Shown here: piece after piece, positions 23,801 through 30,613 of the stretch
Position numbering within the stretch: position 1 is the first letter of the stretch
Layout: every line of letters starts with the position of its first letter
NCBI RefSeq assembly: GCF_030144855.1
Contig: NC_082734.1
Coordinates: forward strand, 7,130,001 to 7,163,345
DNA from: Hypanus sabinus
Taxonomy: Eukaryota
Reading direction: 5' to 3'
Length of the DNA stretch: 33,345 bases
Notes under the pieces: generated by a model
What the model was told of the DNA's origin: nothing
Seen by the model: only the letters and a program-made list of their open reading frames with translations
The model's database searches: none
Program-made: the position numbers and the translations under genes

Positions 23801-26466
23801 AAGAAAGAACACAATAAGAGTCAAAAAAATCCCTTTTAATACAAAGTGATCAAAGTGGTAACGATGGTGCTAAACTGCAGTGATTAGGGTTGAGTTGGTT
23901 CTGCCATCAGATTTCTGAACGGATATGAACATCTCACTATTCCTGTTTTCTCTATTTATATATTTTTGTAGCTTACGTTTACTCTGTCTGTGCCATAAAA
24001 TAACAAACGTCACGAAATAGACAAGATTCTGCAGATGCTGGAAATGCAGGCTGCACACACGCGTCAGGCAGCATATGTGGAAGGGAATGAATGTTTTTTT
24101 GGGCTGAGACCCTTAATCAGGACTGGAAAGTAAACTGCAGAAGACAGAAATTTCACAACATGTGTCAGTGATAATAAACCTGATCCTGGGTTCCAGTTGA
24201 TTGAAGGGAAGTTACTGTTCTTGAACTTGGTGTGCGGACTTCATTCTTCCCCTCCATTATCACTGCGTCCCACCAACTCTTCAACTGTACTCTCCCAGAC
24301 TCACTACCACAGCCACGTAACCCTCATGGGAACTTGTCTTCGCCGATGTCTTGTTCCACATGGCTTCCAGCTCCATTTTCAGGTCTCTCGGTTTAGGCAC
24401 CTTGTATTTCATCTGAGTAACCTTGTATTTCAACCTGAATAAGATATCGACTTCTCCTACCAGTTTTAAAAAAGGGGGGGGAATCCTTTCCCTCCCCTCT
24501 TCTATTCCCCCACACTGGCCTTTTACCACTTCTCACCTTTCAATCACCTCCACCTGGTTCCATCCCCCTTTCCTTTCTCTCCAGCTCTTTACTTTTCCCA
24601 CACACCAGACTTCACCTATCACCAAGCTATACCTGCTTCCCCTCCTCCCACCTTTTTTTAATTCTGGCATCTTCCCCTTCCTTTCCAGTCCTAAAGAAGA
24701 GTCTCAGCTTGAAATGTTGACTGTTCATTTCCATGGATGTTGCCTGACCTGCTGAATTCCTCCAGCATTTTGTATATGGGGTCTGTCTTTGATTCTATTG
24801 TGTTTCTTGTATTTACTGTGACTGCCTGCAAGAATGTGAATCTCAGGGTTGAATATGGTGATATATATGTACTTTGATAATAAATTTACTTTGCACTTTG
24901 AGATTCCTGGGCTGAGCCGGAAACCCTCCTCAGGGCAATTCAGAGAGACTTATTGAGCACTGCATGGGATATGTTTGCAAATCAGTTTAACTGAAGAGCC
25001 AGTGGATGGTGTTTACCTGAAAACCACCTGGAATTGTGCTCCATTTAATGTCATCGTTTGAGCACCTCTGTTTGGTTGAAACGTTGCTCTCTCTTCCCCC
25101 TACAGTTTCCTGAAGTTGTACACCACAATGCCTGTCATCAAGCTAGCTGGATTCCTAGACATGACGGAGCAGGAATTTCGCATCAACCTCCTGGTCTTCA
25201 AGCACAAGATGAAGAACCTGGTATGGACAAGTGGGATTTCGGCCCTCGATGGTGAATTTCAGTCTGCTTCTGAGGTGGACTTCTATATTGACAAGGTGTG
25301 TTTTACCTGTGAGGACTCCCTATTATTCCAGTAGATCTGAAATCCCTAGAATCTCAGCAATCTGGAAGGTACCATATCCACTTGTTGCTGACTGATTTAA
25401 CATTAAAGATTCTGGCAAAGTAAGGGATTTTGGTGGAGGACTGGGCTGCTCCTTGGTCACGAATGGATTTGCATTTCTGTTTAACCTTTGCCTTTCCCCA
25501 TTCTTTCAGGACATGATCCACATTGCAGATACCAAAGTGGCTAGGCGATACGGAGACTTCTTCATCAGGCAGATTCACAAGTTTGAGGAGGTGAGCCGAA
25601 CATTTTGACTTCTTGCCTTACTGTTGTCCATCAGGGATGCAACCTGGATCGTCCTCAGTGCTCCTGAAATCTTCCAGCCTTTCTTTTGCCTCAGTAAAGC
25701 AGTCAGCATAATCAAAGACACCACCTATTCCAGACATTCTCTCTTCTCCCCCCTCCCATTGGGATGAAGATGCAAAAGCCTGGAAGCATGTTCTACCAGG
25801 CTCAAGGACAGCTGCCACATTGCTGTTATCAGACTCTTGAATGGATCTCATGTATAAGATGGAATCTTGACCTCACAATCTACCTCCTTGAGATCTTGAA
25901 CCTTATCGTTTATCCACGCTGCACTTCCTCTGTATTCATTTCACTTTATTCTGCATTGTTGTTTTACCTTGTTCTACCTCAAAGCACGATATAATGATCT
26001 GATGTGTACGAACAAGCTTTTTAGTGTATCTTGGTGCATATGCCTCCAAGAGGACAACAGACTTGTCGTGGTTTGGAGGCTTGTGTACCTCAGTGACCCA
26101 GAGAGTGATGTTGGCTGGAGTCAAGGCATTGTGTTTTGGCTCTTAGTAGGGTCAAACAGGTCAAAGGGTGGAGGACAGACTAAGGGTGAAACACTGGTCC
26201 TCTAGGTTCAGGGATTCATCTTGGTGCTAGTAACCCTGACTGATCAAAAAAAGATTGTTAAGGAAATAGCAATGAAGAATATTTGATATAGACAGAAGGA
26301 GATGGAGGATCTTCCCTGCTGCCCTAAACAACAGTGGTGTAACAGGCAATGGAGCTTGGTACATGTGACAATAATAAAGCAATACCAATAACGAGCCCAG
26401 ATATTCACGTGTTTGTTTTTTATATTCTAGCTCAACCGAAGCCTGAAGAAAATCAACCCACGATAA
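2726..26466 (+). CDS. EIF3L: Eukaryotic translation initiation factor 3 subunit L, spliced CDS join(2726..2758,7245..7287,10425..10635,10772..10851,11291..11352,13037..13106,14011..14084,15250..15421,19287..19441,20265..20435,21774..21907,23148..23321,25106..25295,25510..25590,26431..26466), 561 aa
   Basis: The joined exons read in one frame from [43 protein letters not shown] to [38 protein letters not shown]. This closely matches vertebrate eIF3L as I recall it. There are 13 GT-AG introns and 1 GC-AG intron with consistent phases; total 1686 nt. Confidence 0.97.
3206..3956 (-). mobile_element. Chapaev3-like (CMC) DNA transposon, internal-deletion derivative, copy 1
   Basis: Terminus CACTGGACAACA at 3206 and degenerate other end gttgtcctgca; TAA on both sides; ORF 3436..3747 [37 protein letters not shown]...[11 protein letters not shown]. 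Confidence 0.75.
4210..5025 (-). mobile_element. Rex1/Babar-type LINE reverse transcriptase fragment
   Basis: [36 protein letters not shown] (RT PQG motif) in ORF 4877..5341. Confidence 0.8.
5040..5370 (-). mobile_element. V-SINE/HE1-like SINE interrupted by a hammerhead cassette
   Basis: tgtgggaggaaactggaacacctggggaaaacccacgc is the reverse of the V-SINE core; related copies at 15490, 23525, 28630. Confidence 0.65.
5078..5175 (+). mobile_element. 98-bp Penelope-derived cassette starting at a hammerhead core (CTGACGA-AGGG-TCTCGG-CCG-GAAACGTC)
   Basis: 10-bp TSD AACCACCCAA (5068-5077 / 5176-5185); intact CUGANGA, GAAA and GUC. Confidence 0.75.
5780..6140 (-). mobile_element. Rex1/Babar-type LINE 3' end
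   Basis: [27 protein letters not shown]; tail shared with copies at 11570-12100, 19800-20020 and 31560-31950. Confidence 0.65.
6330..6820 (-). mobile_element. Tigger4/Jerky-like (pogo) transposase fossil, CENP-B HTH region, plus MER46-like end
   Basis: Minus-strand broken translation [27 protein letters not shown]...[28 protein letters not shown]; end motif tgtggaattttccatttgtgattcatgtcagcgctcaaaaa. Confidence 0.65.
7245..7287 (+). CDS. EIF3L: EIF3L exon 2 ([15 protein letters not shown])
   Basis: Acceptor ttttgttcgcag|, donor G|gtaaat; YDPYAY motif. Confidence 0.93.
7494..7810 (-). mobile_element. CR1-type LINE 3' end
   Basis: cataagataaaggagcaatattaggcc is the reverse of the CR1/HE1 tail; reverse of the VNLW-region coding sequence. 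Confidence 0.65.
7981..8019 (+). other. Candidate 39-nt poison (PTC) cassette exon in EIF3L intron 2
   Basis: Strong acceptor gtctctctactcctctttctcag|, donor GTG|gtaaat; in-frame G/GA TCA GCA TAA. Confidence 0.4.
8195..8702 (+). mobile_element. CR1-type LINE 3' fragment
   Basis: [18 protein letters not shown]...[11 protein letters not shown]...FTQRKVNLW; tail aatggcctaattctgctcctatatcttacggtcttatg. Confidence 0.8.
8964..9499. mobile_element. Solo LTR (536 bp)
   Basis: TGTAA...TTACA inverted termini and 4-bp TSD TTAG (8960-8963 / 9500-9503); relatively CpG-rich. Confidence 0.65.
10148..10378 (+). mobile_element. CR1-type LINE 3' end
   Basis: cagagagtggtgaatctgtggaattcattgcc ([11 protein letters not shown]) plus tail. 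Confidence 0.75.
10425..10635 (+). CDS. EIF3L: EIF3L exon 3 ([15 protein letters not shown]...QDIYEN)
   Basis: ORF 10415..10648; acceptor ttctcag|, donor AG|gtacaa. Confidence 0.97.
10772..10851 (+). CDS. EIF3L: EIF3L exon 4 ([26 protein letters not shown])
   Basis: Acceptor cttcctcag|, donor G|gtagga; translated by hand. Confidence 0.96.
11291..11352 (+). CDS. EIF3L: EIF3L exon 5 ([21 protein letters not shown])
   Basis: Acceptor tctgttccag|, donor |gtaagt. Confidence 0.96.
11560..12105 (-). mobile_element. Rex1/Babar-type LINE 3' fragment
   Basis: Same family as 5780-6140. Confidence 0.6.
12240..12675 (-). mobile_element. Penelope-like element 3' part (GIY-YIG C-terminus, pyrimidine-rich UTR, pLTR)
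   Basis: Minus-strand [16 protein letters not shown]...[11 protein letters not shown], then a C/T-rich tract and the cassette tail. Confidence 0.7.
13037..13106 (+). CDS. EIF3L: EIF3L exon 6 ([23 protein letters not shown])
   Basis: Acceptor ctccctag|, donor A|gtaagt. Confidence 0.96.
13210..13410 (-). mobile_element. tRNA-derived SINE with intact Pol III boxes, copy 1
   Basis: A box TGGTGTAGTGG (13390-13400), B box GGTTCGAATCC (13346-13356); homologous to 18795-18997. Confidence 0.75.
13670..13850 (-). mobile_element. CR1-type LINE fragment
   Basis: [50 protein letters not shown] in ORF 13621..13947. Confidence 0.8.
14011..14084 (+). CDS. EIF3L: EIF3L exon 7 ([25 protein letters not shown])
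   Basis: Acceptor tcctctttag|, donor CAG|gtgact. Confidence 0.96.
14502..14972 (-). mobile_element. CR1-type LINE 3' fragment
   Basis: Reverse of [20 protein letters not shown]; tagaatatagaac tail. Confidence 0.65.
15250..15421 (+). CDS. EIF3L: EIF3L exon 8 ([14 protein letters not shown]...QLEVYTSG), followed by a GC donor
   Basis: Acceptor tctgcacag|, donor GAG|gcaagt; only the GC donor keeps YTSGGDPES in frame. Confidence 0.95.
15488..15750 (-). mobile_element. V-SINE/HE1-like SINE
   Basis: tgtgggaggaaaccggagca core; shared with 5040, 23525, 28630. Confidence 0.65.
15965..16435. mobile_element. CR1 fragments (+ strand body with an inserted minus-strand tail at ~16155-16315)
   Basis: ttcaggaaggatgtggag (FRKDVE); ccataagagattggagcagaattaggccattcagccc. 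Confidence 0.55.
16465..16765 (+). mobile_element. V-SINE-like SINE (second copy at 21370-21600)
   Basis: gtttgtacattcacctcgtgaccgtgtggactttctcctagtgttctggtttcctcccac V-domain. Confidence 0.65.
17436..17978 (+). mobile_element. 5'-truncated L1-clade LINE inserted in Chapaev copy 2
   Basis: 11-bp TSD AGGACTGTAAG (17425-17435 / 17979-17989); ORF2 end [35 protein letters not shown]...[11 protein letters not shown]; AATAAA at 17952 and A-rich tail. Confidence 0.8.
18533..18678 (-). mobile_element. Penelope-derived cassette inserted in Chapaev copy 2
   Basis: 10-bp TSD GTCTGAAATT (18523-18532 / 18679-18688); tctgcagatgctggaaat...aaaatgctggcagaactcagcagg. Confidence 0.7.
18795..18997 (-). mobile_element. 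tRNA-derived SINE, copy 2
   Basis: A box at 18981-18991, B box GGTTTGAATCC at 18937-18947; homologous to 13210-13410. Confidence 0.7.
19020..19146 (+). mobile_element. Penelope-derived cassette with decayed hammerhead
   Basis: ctcacgaagggtctcagcccaaaacattg; flanked by ATTAGCTAAT repeats (19003 / 19147). Confidence 0.6.
19287..19441 (+). CDS. EIF3L: EIF3L exon 9 ([22 protein letters not shown]...IELNKK)
   Basis: ORF 19277..19537; acceptor tttacag|, donor AAG|gtatgt. Confidence 0.97.
19500..20020 (-). mobile_element. Rex1/Babar-type LINE tails
   Basis: cagaatcaggtttaatatcactgac tail and gttcaagagcctgatggttga body. Confidence 0.55.
20265..20435 (+). CDS. EIF3L: EIF3L exon 10 ([19 protein letters not shown]...YKYEM)
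   Basis: ORF 20175..20447; acceptor ttacag|, donor ATG|gtaaat. Confidence 0.97.
20655..21350 (-). mobile_element. CR1-type LINE fragments
   Basis: Reverse of [20 protein letters not shown] and [10 protein letters not shown] (RT). Confidence 0.7.
21774..21907 (+). CDS. EIF3L: EIF3L exon 11 ([26 protein letters not shown]...MLRMQKG)
   Basis: Acceptor ttgcag|, donor GG|gtgggt; translated by hand. Confidence 0.96.
22320..22391. mobile_element. 72-bp Tc1-type MITE (hairpin)
   Basis: TA|CAGAACTGTGCAGAAGTCTCAGGCAC..20 nt..GTGCCTAAGACTTCTGCACAGTACTG|TA; 24/26 TIR match. Confidence 0.8.
23148..23321 (+). CDS. EIF3L: EIF3L exon 12 ([19 protein letters not shown]...LSTIR)
   Basis: ORF 23152..23358; acceptor cttcttacag|, donor AG|gtacgt. 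Confidence 0.96.
23522..23780 (-). mobile_element. V-SINE/HE1-like SINE
   Basis: Homologous to 15488-15750. Confidence 0.65.
24020..24132 (-). mobile_element. Penelope-derived cassette with decayed hammerhead
   Basis: Minus strand cagtc-ctgatta-agggtctcagccc-aaaa. Confidence 0.6.
24245..24775 (+). mobile_element. Internally deleted Penelope-like element (ORF N-terminus fused to GIY-YIG C-terminus, C/T-rich UTR, hammerhead pLTR)
   Basis: [28 protein letters not shown] joined to [11 protein letters not shown]; then CAGTC-ctaaaga-agagtctcagctt-GAAAtgtt-GACTG. Confidence 0.65.
25106..25295 (+). CDS. EIF3L: EIF3L exon 13 ([18 protein letters not shown]...DFYIDK)
   Basis: ORF 25116..25334; acceptor ccctacag|, donor AAG|gtgtgt. 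Confidence 0.97.
25510..25590 (+). CDS. EIF3L: EIF3L exon 14 ([27 protein letters not shown])
   Basis: Acceptor ttctttcag|, donor GAG|gtgagc. Confidence 0.97.
25695..26390 (+). mobile_element. Rex1/Babar-type LINE 3' end hosting an RTE-derived insert
   Basis: gcataatcaaagacacc...ctcttctcccccctcccattggga...; tail acaataataaagcaataccaata. Confidence 0.55.
26043..26354 (+). mobile_element. Short non-autonomous RTE-derived element
   Basis: cttgtcgtggtttggaggcttgtg resembles BovB/Rex3 5' ends; gccctaaac...gtaacaggcaat 3' end; 13-bp near-TSD cttggtRcatRtg (26030 / 26355). Confidence 0.55.
26431..26466 (+). CDS. EIF3L: EIF3L last coding exon 15 ([11 protein letters not shown])
   Basis: Acceptor tatattctag|; stop TAA; resembles the eIF3L C-terminus LNRTLKK. 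Confidence 0.93.
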   Translation, partial: LNRSLKKINPR

Positions 26467-26768
26467 TATCTGTGAAGACGTGGAGTGCTGCTTCCCGGCA
26501 ACTGATGGTTGCTGAGTGAGTCTCTGTAATTGTTGCTCCTGTATATCTGAAGACCTGGATGTGTCACTTAGATATACTTAGCCAGAGATAAATTAACTCC
26601 TGGTTACAATGAAGCCTTCTGATATGTTTGTATACAGATCATTAGTACTTTGCATTGTTCTCAACAAGATCCAAGGCCAACTCAATAGGCATAAGATTGC
26701 TCTATTGAGTTAACATAAATCAAATTCAACTATCTTATTTCTAATGACCAACTGTCACTGTAGATCTA

Positions 26769-26774
26769 ATTAAA
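26769..26774 (+). terminator. Proximal poly(A) signal variant ATTAAA
   Basis: ATTAAA ~300 nt after the stop codon, with a GT/T-rich tract at ~26810-26825. Confidence 0.4.
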
Positions 26775-26864
26775 ACAATACGTCATAATACTTCTGTACT
26801 GCCATGCCTTGGTGGTTTTTTTTTTGCAAAAGCAGATGATGTATAAACAAATACTGAAGATCTC

Positions 26865-27070
26865 TTCAGCAACACACACAACATTGGAGGAACTTAGAAG
26901 GCCAGGCAGCATCCATGGGAAAGAGTACAGTTGACATTTTGGGCTGAAACCCTTCATCAGAACTCTTGATTACTCTTCCATAGATGCAGCCTGGCCTGCG
27001 GAGTTTGTCCAGCATTTTGTATGTAGGTTTTACTTTGGATTTCCTGCATCTGCAGATTTTCTCGTGTTTG
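26865..27070. mobile_element. Penelope-derived fold-back cassette in the EIF3L 3'UTR region
   Basis: Inverted arms 26872-26927 / 26971-27024 around the minus-strand core gtt-CTGATGA-agggtttcagccc-aaaa-tgtc-aac. Confidence 0.7.
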
Positions 27071-27265
27071 AGATCAATTTCTTTACTAATTTTCAGCAGG
27101 TGTTTTGGAAAACTCCACAGAAATATAACTCTGAAGTTAATTAGGATAACAAACCTGTGCATGGCTCCATCTAACCGTCTATAAAACATCTGCCACGGAG
27201 ACCTATCTGTAATTGTTTTTTTTACATTGACAGTCTGGATTTATTTAGCTGTCAATCCATCATTC

Positions 27266-27271
27266 AATAAA
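27266..27271 (+). terminator. Distal canonical poly(A) signal AATAAA of EIF3L
   Basis: First AATAAA after the stop codon, followed by T/GT-rich sequence. Confidence 0.65.
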
Positions 27272-27321
27272 CTAACTTTTATTGTTTAAGTCAACTTGTG
27301 TCAGTCAAAAAATTCTTTATG

Positions 27322-27909
27322 ATGATTATGATGGCATCCGTCTGTCTTGAAAGGCCTGGGCAGACGGTATGGAGATCCTGGGGCACCCAGTCGTCCCTCG
27401 GCCTCACCAGTGTAGTCCAATGGAAAATAAGGCAATACGTTTGACACCGGCCTAGCTGCAGGAGCTGCCAGAAGGATGTTCAATGATGTCCAGGCGCCTG
27501 AGGGGCTCCACTCCAGATTTTCTGTCTGGGTTTACTCCCATAGCCTTCGTCTCTCCCAAGGCCACCCACAAGGCAGTGGGGCTATCTACCCATAGCTGGG
27601 GATTTGGTTCACGAGCATCAGGCATGTCCACATGCCGGTGGGCCCCCATGCTACATGTGAAGGGGCCAGACCTATGCTCTGTCCTCTGTGGTTCAGCCCA
27701 AGTCCGAAATGAGTTCAGTTTCTGTGTGCCACCAGCGAGGAGGCACGATATTAGGCTTCCTGTTGCAGAGGCTACATACTGACAGGGAGAAACTCTCACA
27801 TTCAGCTCTCCTTTTCGCAAGACTGCTAGCCAGCGGGTGGAAGCGAGAAACGAGAGCAACAACCACTACCCAACCACACTTGAAGCGTCACAACCAGCGT
27901 TTGACACAC
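27322..27909 (-). mobile_element. Non-autonomous bipartite RTE-derived element (5'UTR plus 3' end)
   Basis: TSD aaaaat(t)ctttatg (27308-27321 / 27910-27922); RTE-type 3' end tcaagacagacggatgcc followed by an (atc)n tail. Confidence 0.7.
27683..27909 (-). ncRNA. Decayed HDV-like (nested double-pseudoknot) self-cleaving ribozyme
   Basis: P1 GTGTGTC/GGCACAC, P3 GCC/GGT, L3 TCCTCGCT, J4/2 CTGA; P1.1 GG reads AG and P2 is only partly paired. Confidence 0.5.
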
Positions 27910-28629
27910 AAAAATCTTTATGTACCTCTGCTATAGGCCCTCACAGTTTTGTACACCTCTATCAGGTACACTCCCAAGGAATTGGGTGGCATGGTAGCAT
28001 AGTGGTTAGCACAATGCTATTGCGCCCGTGACCCAGGTTGATTTTAAAAGCACATTTATTATCAAAGTGTGTATACATTATACAATCTTGAGATTCGTCT
28101 CCTTAAAGAAGTCCAAAAGTATGTAAAATACCCAATGCAAAGGGGGGGTACAAATTGCACTAACAATAAAAGTAAGCAAATGTCATTTAGAATGAAAGTG
28201 GGTCCTCGGACATGAAGCCCAGAACAGGCCACAGCCTCGGCCTCAGTTCAGTACACAGCAGAGTGAACATCACAGAGCCAGAGCGGGCCTCTGCTTCAGT
28301 GCAGCAAAGAGCAGAGTGTTTGTCGTGGATCAGTGGGCAGAACTGGCCCAACCCTCGCCTCTGGTCCCAACACGCTGCCTTTTCAATCCACCTGTCCCAG
28401 CATTTAAATTGTCCAAACATTGGGTCGTCCCTCTCTCTAAGACCCGGACACATCGATTCGCTCTGGTTCTGGACCCCGCCGCCACGTTTGCATTGTCTGT
28501 AAACAGTTCTATGTTCTCCTCACGACCACGTGGGTTTCCCCTCTTGTACTGCAGTTTAATCGGTCCCGTGAGTGTAATTGGGCCAAAGGGGCCTGTTACC
28601 GTGTTGTATCTCCGAATAAAAAGTAAACT

Positions 28630-28910
28630 GTTATATTTATTTAGTGATACAGCGAGAAACTGGCCCTTCCAGCCCACCAGGCTGTGTCATCCAGCAATCC
28701 ACCTATTTAACCCTTGCCTAATCACAGGACAATTGACAGTGACCAATTAACCTGCCAACCAGTACAACTTTGGAAAGTGGGAGGAAACCAGAGCACCAGG
28801 AGGAAACACACAGTCACGGAGAGGACGTGCAATCTCATAACAGATGGCGATTAAACGCTGAACTCTGATGCACCGAGCTGTATTATCATCATGCTAACTG
28901 CGACACTACC
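28630..28910 (-). mobile_element. V-SINE/HE1-like SINE
   Basis: Homologous to the 15488 and 23522 copies. Confidence 0.65.
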
Positions 28911-29249
28911 ACTGTGCATGGAAGAGGACTACGTTTAATTTTGTTCACTCTTTCTTTCAGGGATCCAGATTTGCCCTAGATAGTCTCTCCCTCTTTACAT
29001 ACCTAAAGAAGCTCTTAGAGTCGATATCTAGTTTGCTCACTAGTTTCATATTCTATTTTCCAGTTTCTTCAGCCTTTGTTGAATTCTAAAGCACTTAAGT
29101 CCTTTGGTAACTTTGCAAGTCTCTTCCTTAGACCATTGCTAATGTAGCCCCTAATCCATGGTTGGAGCATTTTTCCTGTCATTTCTTTATACACATGACA
29201 TCTGTATGCCAGGTTCCAGATTCCGAGTTCTGTCACGAAAGGGATTATC

Positions 29250-29920
29250 AAATCAGAATCAGGTTTAATACCACTGGCATGCATCGTGAAATTTGTTGTT
29301 TCGTGGCAGCAGTACAATACAACACATAATAAAAGCTATAAATAAACTAAAACTGTAAATAGTATAAAACAATAAACTTAGTAAGTATATATATATAGAA
29401 AAAGTAATGAAGCAATGTTCTTGGGTTCAATGTCCATTTAGATATCTCACCCCCCCCTCCCCCCTCCCTCCACTTCTCACAGTCTATCCCAGGCCCAACA
29501 TATTGATGCAGGTCCAATACCATAAGAAGGCCTGACAGATGCTATATTTCATTAGGAGTTTGAGGTGAATTGGTATGTCATCAAAGACATAACCAATTTT
29601 TACATGAATTTTTACAGATGTACATTGCTGTGGAGGGGTCGCTGCACAGGATCAGAAAAATCTGCAGAAAGTTATAAACTCAGCCAACTCCATCATGGGC
29701 ACTAGCCTCCCCAGCATTGAGGGACAAGTATAAAAGGTGGCATCCATCAGTAAGGACCCCTATCACCCAGGATGAGTCCTCTTTTCATTGCTACCATCAG
29801 GAAGGAGGTACAGAAGCCTGAAGGCACACACTCTTGATTCAGGAACAGCTGCTTCCCCTCTGCCATCCAATTTCTAAATGGACATCAAACCCATGAACGC
29901 TAACTCACTGCTTTTTCTTT
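29250..29920. mobile_element. Rex1/Babar-type LINE fragments
   Basis: aatcagaatcaggtttaata tail (-); [24 protein letters not shown] (+). Confidence 0.6.
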
Positions 29921-30019
29921 TGCTGTAATTAACCCCTTCTGGTTTCAAAGCCAGCTCTAAAATAGTCTGCTGCCTGCAGGGACAATAATCTTACCTAGAA
30001 AACCATTTCTTATCTATTG

Positions 30020-30090
30020 CCAAGTCAGGCAGCATCCGTTCAGGGGAATAAACAGTCAATGTTTCAGCCCAAAACCCTTCTTCAGGACAG
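30020..30090 (-). mobile_element. Penelope-derived hammerhead cassette fragment
   Basis: Minus strand GTC-CTGAAGA-aggg-ttttgg-gct-GAAA-catt-GAC. Confidence 0.6.
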
Positions 30091-30613
30091 ATCATTGGGA
30101 CCAAGTCTCTTGTGCTCTTTTCCATTGCTTCTGTACTGTCAGTAATAAATTGGTTTGCCTGGATTGTATTTAGATTATTGCCCCTTGTTATCAGATTTCT
30201 GAATGGACAATTAACCCGTAAACACTACCTTGTTTTCTTTCTCTTCTTGTACTACTCATTTAATTTGTTTGCTTTTTATATATACTTTTGTAAATTATAG
30301 TTTTCGTTATTATGTAGTATATGGGGCTGAGAGGTAAATGGATCAGCCATGATGAAATGGCAGAACACTCAATGGGCCAAATGGCCTAATTCTGCACCTC
30401 TATGGTTATGGTCTTATGGTGGTGTAATTTTCTGCTGGCACAAAAAAACAAATTTCACAACATATTCCAGTGAGATTAATTCTGATTCTGATTAGAAAAG
30501 GTAGTCGAAATGTAATCCTACAGAAAATAGTGGATATGGCCCAGTCCATCGTGGGTGAAGCCATCCCCACCACTGTACACATCTATGCAGAGCGCTGTCG
30601 CAGGAAAGCATCA

